A stretch of DNA of 64,000 nucleotides, taken from positions 2,547 to 66,546 of the forward strand of contig JAAYEQ010000005.1 in assembly GCA_012728655.1 (NCBI GenBank). Reading direction: 5' to 3'. Of this stretch, positions 35,711 to 45,772 are shown piece by piece. How positions within the stretch are numbered: position 1 is the stretch's first letter; each line of letters opens with the position of its first letter. This DNA is from Syntrophomonadaceae bacterium. GTDB taxonomy: Bacteria; Bacillota; Syntrophomonadia; Syntrophomonadales; DTU052. The position numbers and the translations under genes were made by a program. The notes under the pieces are model-generated. The model was given only the letters and a program-made list of their open reading frames with translations, was not told where the DNA came from and ran no database searches.

Positions 35711-36649
35711 TTAGACCGCAATTTTCGCCCGTTCTCGCATAAAAACAATTTCATAATTGATATCATTCTGTATTTCGGCGATGCGCTGCGCGGCGTCGGG
35801 GCCTTTAAGGAAACGGCTAAAGCGCCCCTGCTTCATTAAGTATTCATCCACGGGATCCGGGTCTTTTTTTCCACTGATTATAAGTGAGGTGGGGTTATTG
35901 AAAGTGATTTTGCCGTTTTCAGCTTCCCATAATAACCAGGCGCCGCAGCGCACGGCCATACGGCTCATCTGTACGGTTTCCGACATATCGAACTGCCATC
36001 CCAAATAGCAGGGGGCCAGGATTTCGATGTACTTCATGCCCGGTATGTTTTTGGCTTTCACCACCTTGTCGTAAAGGTCGCCGGGGTAGGCCACCGTAGC
36101 CGTTGCCACGTAAGGGATATTGTGCTCCAGCATCAGCAGAGCCATGTTCTTTTTCGGCTGGCGCTTGCCGGCGGGGGTGGTGGTGGTATAACTGCCGCGC
36201 GGGGTTGCCCCGCTGCGCTGAACGCCGGTGTTGCTGTAAGCTTCATTGTTATAACAGAAGTGGATGAAGTTGTCGTTGCGCTCGGCTGCAGCCGACAGGG
36301 CCTGAAAGCCGATGTCATAGGTGCCGCCGTCGCCCACCCAGGTGAATACGGTGGGAAGCTCGCCTTGCAGACGGCCCTTTTCCTTCATTATTTCCAGCGC
36401 GGCGGCAATACCGGAGGCCGAGGAACCGGCGGTGGCAAAACATATATTCATGCAGGGCCAGTTGTAGCCCAGTCTGGGAGTCATGCCCATGCTGGCTACC
36501 GCGCAGGAAGGGGTCAGCAGCATGATGGCATTGGGACCCAAAGCTTTGCCTACAATCCGCAGGGCCATGGTGGCGGGACAGCCGCCGCACGACCCATTAC
36601 CGCTTAAAACCTGCTCGGTATCGGGTAGTTTTTTTATGCTGGTCGCCAT
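35711..36649 (-). CDS. 2-oxoacid:ferredoxin oxidoreductase, beta (TPP-binding) subunit
   Basis: CGGCP...C Cys motif near the N-terminus. TPP motif GDGGTYDIG...NNEAYSNTG. Confidence 0.9.
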   Translation of the reverse strand: MATSIKKLPDTEQVLSGNGSCGGCPATMALRIVGKALGPNAIMLLTPSCAVASMGMTPRLGYNWPCMNICFATAGSSASGIAAALEIMKEKGRLQGELPTVFTWVGDGGTYDIGFQALSAAAERNDNFIHFCYNNEAYSNTGVQRSGATPRGSYTTTTPAGKRQPKKNMALLMLEHNIPYVATATVAYPGDLYDKVVKAKNIPGMKYIEILAPCYLGWQFDMSETVQMSRMAVRCGAWLLWEAENGKITFNNPTSLIISGKKDPDPVDEYLMKQGRFSRFLKGPDAAQRIAEIQNDINYEIVFMRERAKIAV

Positions 36650-36680
36650 ATATCATCCATTCCTTTCCTGGTCTGTATCT

Positions 36681-37811
36681 TCATTCATCCATCATGGCGC
36701 GGATCTCGGCGGCCATGAATCGGCGGGTGAGGTCAACGCCGCCAATACCCATAACCCGGTTTTTAACCGTGACATCGTTGCGTCGGCCGAATAGGACGCT
36801 TTTCAGTTCTGAAGCCAGTATTCCTCCGGGATGGCCGAAGTTGTAATTGCGATCCAGTACCATCACCTGCGCGTTTCTCGGCAGTGCGTTTATTATATCC
36901 TCGGCCGGGAAAGGCACCACCAGTCGCGGTCTGAGGAGGCCGGCTTTGATTCCCTGCTCGCGCAGGATGTCGATGGAAAGTCTTAATTCGCCGGCCATGC
37001 TGTTGATGGCAAAAACAACTACTTCGGCGTCATCCAGGCGATAGGTGTCAATGGTGTCGCCGTCCCACATGCCGGTGATATCTTTATACTCCCGAGCTGC
37101 CTGTTTTGCCAGCGGGATGGCGTCCAGGATATCGTCCGCCAGCATCCGGCGGAAGACTGCGTATTCGGGAGCATTGGTTACATTGCTGAAGGATGAGGGA
37201 TGAGCCGGGTCGAGCCGCCATTCCGGCTGGTACGGAGGCAGGAAGCGGTCAATGTCCTCCTGCGGCGGCAGGGTCAGGGGCATCAGACAATGGGAGATGG
37301 AAAAGCCGTCGAAGTTAACCATCACCGGGATGTTAATCTGTTCCGCCACCCGGAAGGCCTGCAGTATGGTGTTGAACACCTCCTGATTTGAAGAGCAGTG
37401 ATATTGGATCCAGCCGGTATCGCGCTGAGAAAATGAGTCCTGATGATCGGCCCACAGGGTCCAGGGAGCAAAAATGCCGCGGTTTACGTTGCACATTACC
37501 ACCGGCAAACGTCCGCCGGAAGCCATATGTAAAACTTCATGCATATACAAAAGCCCGTTGGCCGAGGTGGCGGTAAAAACGCGGGCACCGGCCGCAGACG
37601 CAGCCACCGCTGCGGCCATGGCGCTGTGTTCGCCTTCAACCGGAATGAAGCGGGCGTCGAGCTCGCCGCTCTCAATCATGCCGGCCAGGGCTTCCATAAT
37701 ACCGGTCTGGGGGGTGATGGGGTATCCGGGCACCACATCCACCCGGGCGCTTTTAACGGCCAGCGCCGCGGCATGGGTACCGGTAACCATTACAACTTGC
37801 GCTGTTTGCAT
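36681..37811 (-). CDS. 2-oxoacid:ferredoxin oxidoreductase, alpha subunit
   Basis: 376 aa. PorA/VorA-type core (GYPITPQT, EGEHSAMAAA, TATSANGL). Confidence 0.9.
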   Translation of the reverse strand: MQTAQVVMVTGTHAAALAVKSARVDVVPGYPITPQTGIMEALAGMIESGELDARFIPVEGEHSAMAAAVAASAAGARVFTATSANGLLYMHEVLHMASGGRLPVVMCNVNRGIFAPWTLWADHQDSFSQRDTGWIQYHCSSNQEVFNTILQAFRVAEQINIPVMVNFDGFSISHCLMPLTLPPQEDIDRFLPPYQPEWRLDPAHPSSFSNVTNAPEYAVFRRMLADDILDAIPLAKQAAREYKDITGMWDGDTIDTYRLDDAEVVVFAINSMAGELRLSIDILREQGIKAGLLRPRLVVPFPAEDIINALPRNAQVMVLDRNYNFGHPGGILASELKSVLFGRRNDVTVKNRVMGIGGVDLTRRFMAAEIRAMMDE

Positions 37812-37815
37812 ACGG

Positions 37816-38073
37816 CTACTCCTCCTTTACCATGCTGATGGCGCCGGTGGGGCATTCCCGGGCGCACACCCCGCAGCCCTTGCAGTAGCGATAATCGATA
37901 GTAATCTCCTGGCGGTCGATGACCGCTTCCGGACAATACACCCAGCACAATTGGCATTTGCTGCATAATTTATTGTCAACGAGGGGACGGTGGGCTCTCC
38001 AGGAACCGGTATCACCGCCCGATCCCTTCATCGGCCAGGAAATGGGCCGGTAGGCTTTGGTAACTGCTTGCAT
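37816..38073 (-). CDS. 2-oxoacid:ferredoxin oxidoreductase, delta (2x[4Fe-4S]) subunit
   Basis: CSKCQLCWVYCP and CKGCGVCARECP cluster motifs, 85 aa. Confidence 0.85.
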   Translation of the reverse strand: MQAVTKAYRPISWPMKGSGGDTGSWRAHRPLVDNKLCSKCQLCWVYCPEAVIDRQEITIDYRYCKGCGVCARECPTGAISMVKEE

Positions 38074-38108
38074 CGGTTTTCCTTCCTTTCGCCAATCCAG
38101 AATAATGA

Positions 38109-38651
38109 CTACCCGGTGATCCGGGTTACGGTGTGATAAGCCCTGCCCGCGGCGGCCAGATTGCGTTCGGCGTTACCGTTCGGCCATTTGTTCAATATGG
38201 TCTGTTCTACGATGCTTTGCGGGATGTTGAGCACCCGGCATACCGCGCCAAACAGCGGAATATTGATCAGGGGCCCGTCGCCGGAAATCAACCCGGCTTC
38301 GCGGGCGATGGCATCGGCATCCACCTGCCAGGTCGGGTGATTGGCTACCGCCACCGGGTGGGGGGCATTGACGATCACGGTGCCGGATTCGGCAATGCCT
38401 TCGTTAACTGCCGCCTCGATCAGCTTTTCGCTCATCACGACCACATAGTCCGGCAGGTCGCATTGACTGTGCGCGTAGATGGTGGTGGGGGATATACGCA
38501 CCGCCGCCCGCACCGGGGCTCCGCGGCGTTCCACCCCGAAGAATGGCAGGGCCTGCCCGTACTCACCGTTTTCCACAGCCGCCTGGGCCAGCAGGTGGGA
38601 CAGGGTAACGGATCCCTGTCCGCCAAATCCGTTGATTCTTATCTCGAGCAT
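38109..38651 (-). CDS. 2-oxoacid:ferredoxin oxidoreductase, gamma subunit
   Basis: GFGGQG motif near the N-terminus, 180 aa. First gene of the gamma-delta-alpha-beta order. Confidence 0.88.
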   Translation of the reverse strand: MLEIRINGFGGQGSVTLSHLLAQAAVENGEYGQALPFFGVERRGAPVRAAVRISPTTIYAHSQCDLPDYVVVMSEKLIEAAVNEGIAESGTVIVNAPHPVAVANHPTWQVDADAIAREAGLISGDGPLINIPLFGAVCRVLNIPQSIVEQTILNKWPNGNAERNLAAAGRAYHTVTRITG

Positions 38652-38888
38652 GTTGTTCCTCCATTCCCGCTAAAGTACTTGTTGTCCGCACTCCCGCCGA
38701 AAGCGGGTTTCCCTGCTTTACGCCCCGGAATGTCTGCGAGACTGCATAATGCCCGCGGCAAACTCTGTCTCTGAGCGTTAACTGCGCTTTGTCGTTGCTT
38801 GTCACCAGTATGCTGCTTGGTGGAAAAGGACAGCATCATCCCCGGTATTCGGCATCGGGGCGACCATTAATATAAGCAGGCAATCAGG

Positions 38889-38899
38889 TGGTCAGACCA
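38889..38899. promoter_or_regulatory. FadR-subfamily GntR operator candidate
   Basis: TGGTCAGACCA fits the TNGTNNNACNA consensus of FadR/LldR/PdhR-type operators. About 240 nt upstream of the gamma-subunit start. Overlapped by a second dyad, ATCAGGT...ACCTGAT (38884-38909). Confidence 0.55.
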
Positions 38900-39141
38900 G
38901 ATACCTGATCATGATTTTAAATTATTCTTCCAGCTTTTAAAAGTATGAAAACAAGAATACCCGACGCGTATATTGAGTGAAACAGAAAAAAGTGCGTTAT
39001 TAATCACCTGCCGAACCGAGCAAGACGCAAATACCGCCGGTTTAAGGCGCGGCTTTATGGGAATAATCTTCTAACACGATATGGAAATCGACATGCCCAA
39101 GAATGAAATGCTGTCGGGCGGTCGTATCAAAGGAGGGAAAT

Positions 39142-39708
39142 ATGTTAAGGTTTCATCCCCTTATTGCGGCTGCGGTTCTGGTAGCCCTGCTGTTGGGATT
39201 TCACCAGTACCAGATTCATCAAAACCCCTGTTATGAAGTCCTGCGCCTGCATGTGGTGGCCAACAGCAATCGCCTCGATGATCAAAAGGTTAAGCTGAAG
39301 GTTCGCGACTCGATTATTAACCTGATGGGAAACCGGTTGGCAAAGGTTGAAAGTGCGGATGCCGCCTACCGGATTGCCGCCGACAGCATACCGGATATTG
39401 AGCAGGCAGCCCGGGAAACGCTGGCCGCGCACGGTTACGATTATCCGGTAACGGTTTCGGTAGGGAACTTCGATTTCCCCACCCGCTTTTACGGGGCGCA
39501 GGTTTTTCCCTGTGGTGAGTATGCAGCAGTGCGGGTGGTATTGGGTGAAGGTCGGGGACAAAACTGGTGGTGTGTGCTGTTCCCTCCCCTGTGCTTAAAA
39601 AACCTGGACCAAGACGGTGGAAAAGCCGGGGGTGTGGAATTGAGGCTCAAGGTAGTGGAAATCTTTAAAGATAAGAATTGGCTGCACAGGAGCGTCGCAG
39701 GCCGGTAA
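39142..39708 (+). CDS. spoIIR: Stage II sporulation protein R
   Basis: LRLHVVANSN..DDQ.VKLKVRD and GEGRGQNWWCVLFPPLC signature. AGGAGGG RBS before ATG 39142. Confidence 0.88.
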   Translation: MLRFHPLIAAAVLVALLLGFHQYQIHQNPCYEVLRLHVVANSNRLDDQKVKLKVRDSIINLMGNRLAKVESADAAYRIAADSIPDIEQAARETLAAHGYDYPVTVSVGNFDFPTRFYGAQVFPCGEYAAVRVVLGEGRGQNWWCVLFPPLCLKNLDQDGGKAGGVELRLKVVEIFKDKNWLHRSVAGR

Positions 39709-39716
39709 GACGGGCA

Positions 39717-39755
39717 ACGGGAGACAATGGGGCGGGTCTCCCGTTTTGTTTTTGG
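39717..39755 (+). terminator. Rho-independent terminator after spoIIR
   Basis: ACGGGAGAC-10 nt-GTCTCCCGT followed by TTTTGTTTTT. Confidence 0.8.
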
Positions 39756-39812
39756 CATTTTTTTTAGTGTGGAATATAATCAAGTTATCCATTGGCAAAG
39801 GGATGTACAGGG

Positions 39813-40679
39813 ATGAAACAGATTACCGTTTCCGCCCCGGCCAAGATTAACCTCACCCTGGATGTACTGGGGAAGCGTGCGGATGGGTACCACGACATAG
39901 AATCGGTTATGCACCAGGTCAACCTCTGCGACCGGGTCTCCGTAACTCAAATACCGGAGGGGATAGAAGTCTGCAGTAACAGGGGTGAACTGCCGAACGG
40001 AAAAGCCAACCTGGCATACCGGGCGGCCGAGGTCATGGTATCCAGATTGGGAATCAAAACAGGATTTCGCATCTTTCTAGAGAAAAATATACCACTGGGT
40101 GCGGGTTTGGCCGGCGGCAGCACCGATGCGGCTGCGGTGATCAAGGCCATCGATCAACTCCTGGGCTTGAACATGCCCCTCAATGATATGCTGGAGATAG
40201 GGCAGCAGGCAGGTTCGGACGTTCCCTTCTGCCTGCTTGGTGATACTGCGGTTGCCCGGGGAAAGGGAGAGTTGTTGACCAGGGTTAACCGAAGGATTAA
40301 GCTGCATCTGGTTCTGGTTAACCCCGGTTTTCAGGTTTCCACCGCCCGGGTTTATAACCTGATCGATCAAGAGACCATAACCGAACGTCCAAATGCGGAA
40401 AGGATGGTCGAGGCTTTAACCGACGGCGATTTTGCCGGAGTAATTTCTTCATTGGGCAATGTCATGGAGAAGGTGACCCTTAAACTGCACCCTGAGGTGG
40501 CTGCAATCAAGGATAACCTGGTACGGGCGGGTGCTGCGGGAGCTTTGATGTCCGGGAGCGGCCCTACGGTATTCGGGTTGTTTTCCGATGCTGAAGCGGC
40601 TCGCCGGGCGTTTAAAAGCCTAAACGGGCTTTACCCTTATACATTCCGGTGTTCGTCATACGTGGAAAACGGGGGATAG
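39813..40679 (+). CDS. ispE: 4-diphosphocytidyl-2-C-methyl-D-erythritol kinase
   Basis: APAKINLTLDV N-terminus. GHMP kinase motif PLGAGLAGGSTDAAAV. Confidence 0.92.
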   Translation: MKQITVSAPAKINLTLDVLGKRADGYHDIESVMHQVNLCDRVSVTQIPEGIEVCSNRGELPNGKANLAYRAAEVMVSRLGIKTGFRIFLEKNIPLGAGLAGGSTDAAAVIKAIDQLLGLNMPLNDMLEIGQQAGSDVPFCLLGDTAVARGKGELLTRVNRRIKLHLVLVNPGFQVSTARVYNLIDQETITERPNAERMVEALTDGDFAGVISSLGNVMEKVTLKLHPEVAAIKDNLVRAGAAGALMSGSGPTVFGLFSDAEAARRAFKSLNGLYPYTFRCSSYVENGG

Positions 40680-40680
40680 A

Positions 40681-41400
40681 ATGGAGAAAAGGCTGAAACC
40701 AATTGATCTTGAGAACTACCGGCCTCTGCGGGAACTGGTGTTTGAAGCCTTAAGGGATGCCATTATCAAAGGGATACTAAAACCGGGAGAACGCCTGATG
40801 GAGGTACAGGTGGCTGAGGAATTGGGAGTCTCCCGCACGCCGGTGCGGGAAGCCATCAGGAAACTGGAACTGGAGGACCTGGTGGTGATGATCCCTCACA
40901 AAGGGGCTTACGTGTCCAGCATCTCCTTGAAGGATATCGCCGATGTTTTTGAAGTGCGATCCTCATTGGAGGCTTTGGCGGCGGGTTTGGCGGCCGAACG
41001 CATAACTGCCGAAGAACTCGAGGAATTGGAACGGATACTGGTCAAAAAGGCCGAGATCATTGAGGCCCATGATCTGGACCGGTTGGTCGAGATTGATACC
41101 CGGTTCCACGCCTGTTTATATCAGGCCAGCCGCAATACCAAACTGGTTCAGATCATCAACAACCTGAGTGAACAGATCCACCGTTTTCGAAGTACCTCTT
41201 TGGCCTCGCCGGGCCGAATGAGGGAAGCGCTGGAGGAGCACCGGAAGATCGTGGAAGCCATTTCTGAACGCAACGTCAGTCTGGCCCAGACTTTGGCACA
41301 GGAACACATCGAAAATGCACAGAACAGCATTCTGGAAGCGATTGGAGAAACGGGAACGGCAGTAACTGGCTCGCAGGAGGAAAGCGATGACAAGCTATGA
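40681..41400 (+). CDS. GntR-family regulator (FCD domain)
   Basis: wHTH GERLMEVQVAEELGVSRTPVREAIRKLE plus a helical FCD domain. Confidence 0.85.
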   Translation: MEKRLKPIDLENYRPLRELVFEALRDAIIKGILKPGERLMEVQVAEELGVSRTPVREAIRKLELEDLVVMIPHKGAYVSSISLKDIADVFEVRSSLEALAAGLAAERITAEELEELERILVKKAEIIEAHDLDRLVEIDTRFHACLYQASRNTKLVQIINNLSEQIHRFRSTSLASPGRMREALEEHRKIVEAISERNVSLAQTLAQEHIENAQNSILEAIGETGTAVTGSQEESDDKL

Positions 41401-42151
41401 TGCGGTTATTCTGGCCGGGGGTGTCAATTCCGGTGAACTGCGCAAATACGCGCCTTATGAGAATGAAGCCCTAATTATTATCGGCAAATATCCCATGATT
41501 CATTATGTCTATCAGGCGGTAAAGAATACACCAAGGTTGGGGAATGTCATCATCAGCGGGCCGTGTGAATCCCTGCGGCCCATATTCGGCAAGGACGACA
41601 GCCTGATGTTCACCGATTCAGGAGAGGATGCCATAGACAGTTTCGCCAACGCCCTGGGACTCGTCAACTCCGAGAGAATTCTGATTATGCCGGCGGATAT
41701 CCCGTTTATTACCCCGGAGGCGATTGAAGATTTTCTGAACCAGTGTGAGCAGAACGAAGCCGATGTTCATTATGCCATCGTCCCCAGGGAGGTGACGGAG
41801 AAGAGTTTTCCCAGGGTGAAGAGGACGTATGTCAGATTAAAAGAGGGGGTATTTACCGGGGGGAACCTCTTCCTGATCCGTGCCGCCGTGGCACCGCGGG
41901 GAATAGCGCTGGGCAAGAAGCTGGTAGCCAACCGGAAGAATCCACTGGCCCAGGCTCGTTTGTTCGGTATGGACCTGGTTTTGAAATATGTCACCGGAAG
42001 GTTGTCAATCGGAGAAGTGGAGGAGCGTTTTTTCAAAATCCTTAACCTGACGGGGAAAGCAATTATCTCCAACTATGCCGAGGTGGGAGTGGATGTCGAC
42101 AAACCCAGCGATCTTAAACTGGCCGAGGAGATCCTGGGGAAGGTCAAGTAG
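41387..42151 (+). CDS. Nucleotidyltransferase (MobA-like NTP-transferase) family protein
   Basis: N-terminal AVILAGG motif, GT-A-like NTP_transf_3 architecture, 254 aa. Confidence 0.7.
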   Translation: MTSYDAVILAGGVNSGELRKYAPYENEALIIIGKYPMIHYVYQAVKNTPRLGNVIISGPCESLRPIFGKDDSLMFTDSGEDAIDSFANALGLVNSERILIMPADIPFITPEAIEDFLNQCEQNEADVHYAIVPREVTEKSFPRVKRTYVRLKEGVFTGGNLFLIRAAVAPRGIALGKKLVANRKNPLAQARLFGMDLVLKYVTGRLSIGEVEERFFKILNLTGKAIISNYAEVGVDVDKPSDLKLAEEILGKVK

Positions 42152-42270
42152 AGTCGGCTCTGCGCTCACAAGGGGTTATCGACTTTTCTTTAAAGAAACC
42201 GACCGTTTTCCAACTGTTGGCGGCTAAGTTCAGCCGACTGCCGCCGGGAAGGATTAATGGGGGTGGAATC

Positions 42271-43443
42271 ATGCCGCTTTCGGGGATCAGGGTCCTGGAC
42301 CTCTCGCGTTTGCTGCCCGGGCCGTTTGCCTCACAGATTCTGGCCGATTATGGAGCTGAGGTGATTAAGGTAGAGGATACGGGTGCCGGTGATTACCTGC
42401 GAGACTCCCTTCCGCTGCTTGATAACCTGGGAACCTTTTTTTGGAGCATAAACCGCGGAAAGAAGAGCATCAAGCTGGATCTGAAGACCGACGCCGGGCG
42501 GGAGATATTCTTGCGGCTGGCGGCCGGTGCGGATGTGGTTCTGGAAGGTTTCAGACCCGGAGTAATGGACAGGCTGGGAGTGGGATATTCGGTTTTAGCG
42601 GAGATTAATCCCGGCATAATATACTGTTCCCTGACCGGTTATGGCCAGGATGGACCTTACCGGGACCGGGCCGGTCATGATATCAATTATCTTAACTATA
42701 CCGGGATTTCCAGCCTGACACGGACGGCGGAAGGGAAACCCGTTATTCTCGGATTGCAGTTGGCCGATGTTGGCGGCGGATCACTGTGGGCGGTCATCGC
42801 CATACTTTTGGCCTTGCAGGCCCGCAACCGTACAGGCAGGGGGCAGTATTGCGATGTGTCCATGATGGACGGGGTCTTTGCCTGGACGCCGTTTGAACTG
42901 GCCCATTGGCAAACCCGGGACCAGCGCCCGGATTCGGGGCAGCAGGCAGTTTTGAAGGGCGGCTATGCCTGTTATCAGATTTACGAGACCCGGGACGGCA
43001 AGTACGTCAGCCTGGGTGCACTGGAGCACAAATTCTGGGCCGGGTTCTGCCAAAAAATAGGTCGTCCCGATTTTACACAATATCATATGGATCCTTTAGC
43101 CCAGTCTCGGATCATCGACGAACTCAACCGGATGTTCAAGACCAGGACCCGGGATGAGTGGGTCGAGTTTTTTGCCGACGTTGATGTCTGTTTTTCCCCG
43201 CTGCTGGAATACGAAGAGGCGGTCAATAACGAACAGTTGCGGCATCGGCAGATGCTGGCGGAGGTTGGTGACGGTGAGAAACCGGCCATTGCGGTGGGAG
43301 TACCGGTAAAGCTCTCGGCCACTCCCGGCAGAACCCGGAGCACAGCCCCGGCCCCCGGACAGCATACGGTCGAGCTGCTGCGTGAATTGGGGTATTCCGA
43401 CAGCGAGATTGCAGAGCTCAAAGCAAGGAAAATCGTGGTTTGA
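42271..43443 (+). CDS. Family III CoA-transferase (CaiB/BaiF/alpha-methylacyl-CoA racemase-like)
   Basis: N-terminal GIRVLDLSRLLPGPFASQILADYGAEVIKVE signature. ATG 42271. Confidence 0.88.
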   Translation: MPLSGIRVLDLSRLLPGPFASQILADYGAEVIKVEDTGAGDYLRDSLPLLDNLGTFFWSINRGKKSIKLDLKTDAGREIFLRLAAGADVVLEGFRPGVMDRLGVGYSVLAEINPGIIYCSLTGYGQDGPYRDRAGHDINYLNYTGISSLTRTAEGKPVILGLQLADVGGGSLWAVIAILLALQARNRTGRGQYCDVSMMDGVFAWTPFELAHWQTRDQRPDSGQQAVLKGGYACYQIYETRDGKYVSLGALEHKFWAGFCQKIGRPDFTQYHMDPLAQSRIIDELNRMFKTRTRDEWVEFFADVDVCFSPLLEYEEAVNNEQLRHRQMLAEVGDGEKPAIAVGVPVKLSATPGRTRSTAPAPGQHTVELLRELGYSDSEIAELKARKIVV

Positions 43444-43458
43444 TGCGGAAAAGGAGAG

Positions 43459-44040
43459 GTGAGAGAGGTGGCGGAACTGAAATACAGGTACACTGCTCCT
43501 TCAGGGCAGACGATAAGCCTTTTTCAGGGTGATCTGACCGAAGAGGACGTAGACGCCATCGTCAATGCCGCCAATGAGAGGCTGCAACACGGAGGCGGGG
43601 TGGCGGGAGCCATCGTCGCCCGGGGAGGTCGGGTGATCCAGGAAGAGAGCAACCGTGTAGCTCCGGTGCCCACCGGGAAGGCGGCCATAACCGGGGCCGG
43701 CAACTTGAAAGCCAGGTGGGTGATACACGCTGTGGGTCCTGTTTACCGGGCTGACGATCCCCGCATGGATGAACTGCTCAGGTCCGCAGCCTGGAGCAGC
43801 CTGATGCTGGCACACGAGCGGGGGCTGAAGAGCATTGCTTTTCCGGCCATCAGCAGCGGCATCTTCGGATTTCCGAAAAAACCCTGCGCCGCTATTCTGA
43901 TTTCGGCCGCGTTGGACTTTACTGTTCAATACCCGGACAGCACCTTGCGCGACATCCGCTTTACCATCATCGACAGTCCGACAGTTGATGTTTTTCTCCA
44001 GGAGTTTAAAGAAAGGTTCGGGGTTGATCAATCCGGCTAA
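43459..44040 (+). CDS. Macro-domain protein (ADP-ribose/O-acetyl-ADP-ribose hydrolase-like)
   Basis: DAIVNAANERLQHGGGVAGAI and AFPAISSGIFGFP motifs. Start is GTG 43459 or GTG 43468. Confidence 0.88.
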   Translation: MREVAELKYRYTAPSGQTISLFQGDLTEEDVDAIVNAANERLQHGGGVAGAIVARGGRVIQEESNRVAPVPTGKAAITGAGNLKARWVIHAVGPVYRADDPRMDELLRSAAWSSLMLAHERGLKSIAFPAISSGIFGFPKKPCAAILISAALDFTVQYPDSTLRDIRFTIIDSPTVDVFLQEFKERFGVDQSG

Positions 44041-44372
44041 GTGCGGCTTAATCAACCCGAACCCCTCTCTTGCTTTTTGTCCGCGGTACCCATGAACATA
44101 ATCTGGTTTTGAATCCTCGACAACCGGGCCATGGATGTTTGCCGGGCGGAGCAACGGGGTTGTCGCCTGACCCGAACCGCCTGCCGGTAACCTTGCTGTT
44201 GCCAATGAATACATAATTAATCAAGGCACCGATATATGGCCGGTCATTCTCGCGGTTTTTTCGGATTTGGACACAGCCCGGGTTATTGTATAAAATGAAA
44301 TGGGATTTATAAAATTTCGGCCTGCGGAACACGTGCTCAAGAAAATTAATGAGTTAATGAGGAAGTGAAGTT

Positions 44373-45749
44373 TTGTCAAAGATTACCGGGGTTATACTGG
44401 CAGCGGGCAAAGGCGTGCGCATGCGGTCGCGGCTGGCCAAGGTTTTGCATCCTGTGGCCGGAGTTCCGATGATCAGCCATGTAGTCAATGCCGCCCGCGC
44501 GTCTGGAATAGAACGGTTGGTGGTTGTTGTCGGGCACGGCCGGGAACAGGTGGTCAAAGCCGTAGCGGACGATACGATTCAGTTTGTGGTTCAGGAAGAA
44601 CAGCTCGGAACCGGACATGCGCTCCTGCAGGCGGAAGCGGCTGCAGCGGGATCCGAATTGATACTGGTTTTATGTGGGGATACCCCTCTGCTTCGAGCCC
44701 GGACTCTGGAGAAGTTCATTGACTTTCACCGGGACAGCCGCGCAGCGGCCACCGTGCTCACGGCGAAAATGGAGAACCCCCAGGGGTATGGCCGGATAAT
44801 CCGGGATGATCAGGGTGATATTGTACGTATAGTCGAGGAAAAGGATGCCACCCCGGAAGAGAGGGAAATTCGAGAAATAAATTCGGGGATTTACTGCTTT
44901 AACGGTGAGGTTTTTGGGATTCTTAAGCATGTTAACCGCGATAATGCACAGGGGGAGTATTATTTAACTGACGTATTGCTGGAATACAGAAAAAACGGAC
45001 AGCGGGTTTTGGCTGTGCCGGCGGCTGAAGAGGAGGATATCTACGGTATCAATGACCGGGCGCAGCTCGCTTTTGCCGAGAGGATACTGCGGCAGCGAAA
45101 ATGTCTTGAACTCATGCTGGCGGGAGTAACCATAATGGACCCCGCTACCACGTATATAGATGCCCAGGTAAAAATAGGTCAGGATACTGTTATCCTGCCG
45201 TTTACCATGATTGAGGGGCAGACGGTTATCGGTGAAAACTGTGTGATCGGTCCCGGAGCCAGGATCATTTCTTCCCGGATCGGCGACCGGGTTACCATCG
45301 ATAATTCCAAGATAATTGAGAGCCGGGTGGGCGATGGCTGTGACATCGGACCGTATGCGTACATAAGACCGGGAACCGAGCTGCACGAAGACGTTAAGAT
45401 AGGCGATTTTGTTGAGGTTAAGAAGTCCGTGGTCGGCTCGGGCAGTAAAATACCGCACCTGTCCTATGTTGGAGATGCTGTCATTGGCCGCCGTGTCAAC
45501 GTAGGCGCAGGGACTATTACCTGTAACTATGATGGAGAGAAAAAGCACCCGACGATTATTGAAGATGGGGCCTTCATCGGCAGCAATACCAACCTGGTGG
45601 CACCGGTAAGGATTGGAGAAAAGGCCTTTACCGGGGCGGGCTCCACCATTACACGGGATGTACCTCCCTTCTCATTGGGAGTTGAGCGAGCACCACAAAA
45701 GGTAATAGATAACTGGCGTCACCGCAGGAAAAAGCATGACGAAGAGTGA
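44373..45749 (+). CDS. glmU: Bifunctional GlcNAc-1-P uridyltransferase / GlcN-1-P acetyltransferase
   Basis: [11 protein letters not shown] motif and a C-terminal left-handed beta-helix with hexapeptide repeats. Confidence 0.95.
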   Translation: MSKITGVILAAGKGVRMRSRLAKVLHPVAGVPMISHVVNAARASGIERLVVVVGHGREQVVKAVADDTIQFVVQEEQLGTGHALLQAEAAAAGSELILVLCGDTPLLRARTLEKFIDFHRDSRAAATVLTAKMENPQGYGRIIRDDQGDIVRIVEEKDATPEEREIREINSGIYCFNGEVFGILKHVNRDNAQGEYYLTDVLLEYRKNGQRVLAVPAAEEEDIYGINDRAQLAFAERILRQRKCLELMLAGVTIMDPATTYIDAQVKIGQDTVILPFTMIEGQTVIGENCVIGPGARIISSRIGDRVTIDNSKIIESRVGDGCDIGPYAYIRPGTELHEDVKIGDFVEVKKSVVGSGSKIPHLSYVGDAVIGRRVNVGAGTITCNYDGEKKHPTIIEDGAFIGSNTNLVAPVRIGEKAFTGAGSTITRDVPPFSLGVERAPQKVIDNWRHRRKKHDEE

Positions 45750-45772
45750 GTATCGGGGGGAATGGGGCTGAA

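Noticed and set aside
38133-38774. 213-aa + strand ORF overlapping the gamma subunit gene and its leader
   Set aside because: It is antisense to the GFGGQG-containing gamma subunit. It has His/Gly/Arg-rich low complexity and no RBS.
43459-44040. Macro-domain gene as part of a DarTG-type toxin-antitoxin or defence module
   Set aside because: There is no DarT-like (DUF4433) or other toxin ORF adjacent. The neighbours are a CoA-transferase and glmU, so it is most simply a stand-alone ADP-ribose hydrolase.
44041-44372. 94-aa minus-strand ORF and a possible spoVG remnant in the spacer before glmU
   Set aside because: No frame shows SpoVG-like sequence and the ORF lacks an RBS. The spacer contains a plausible glmU promoter (TTGGAC-N16-TATAAA at about 44267-44294).
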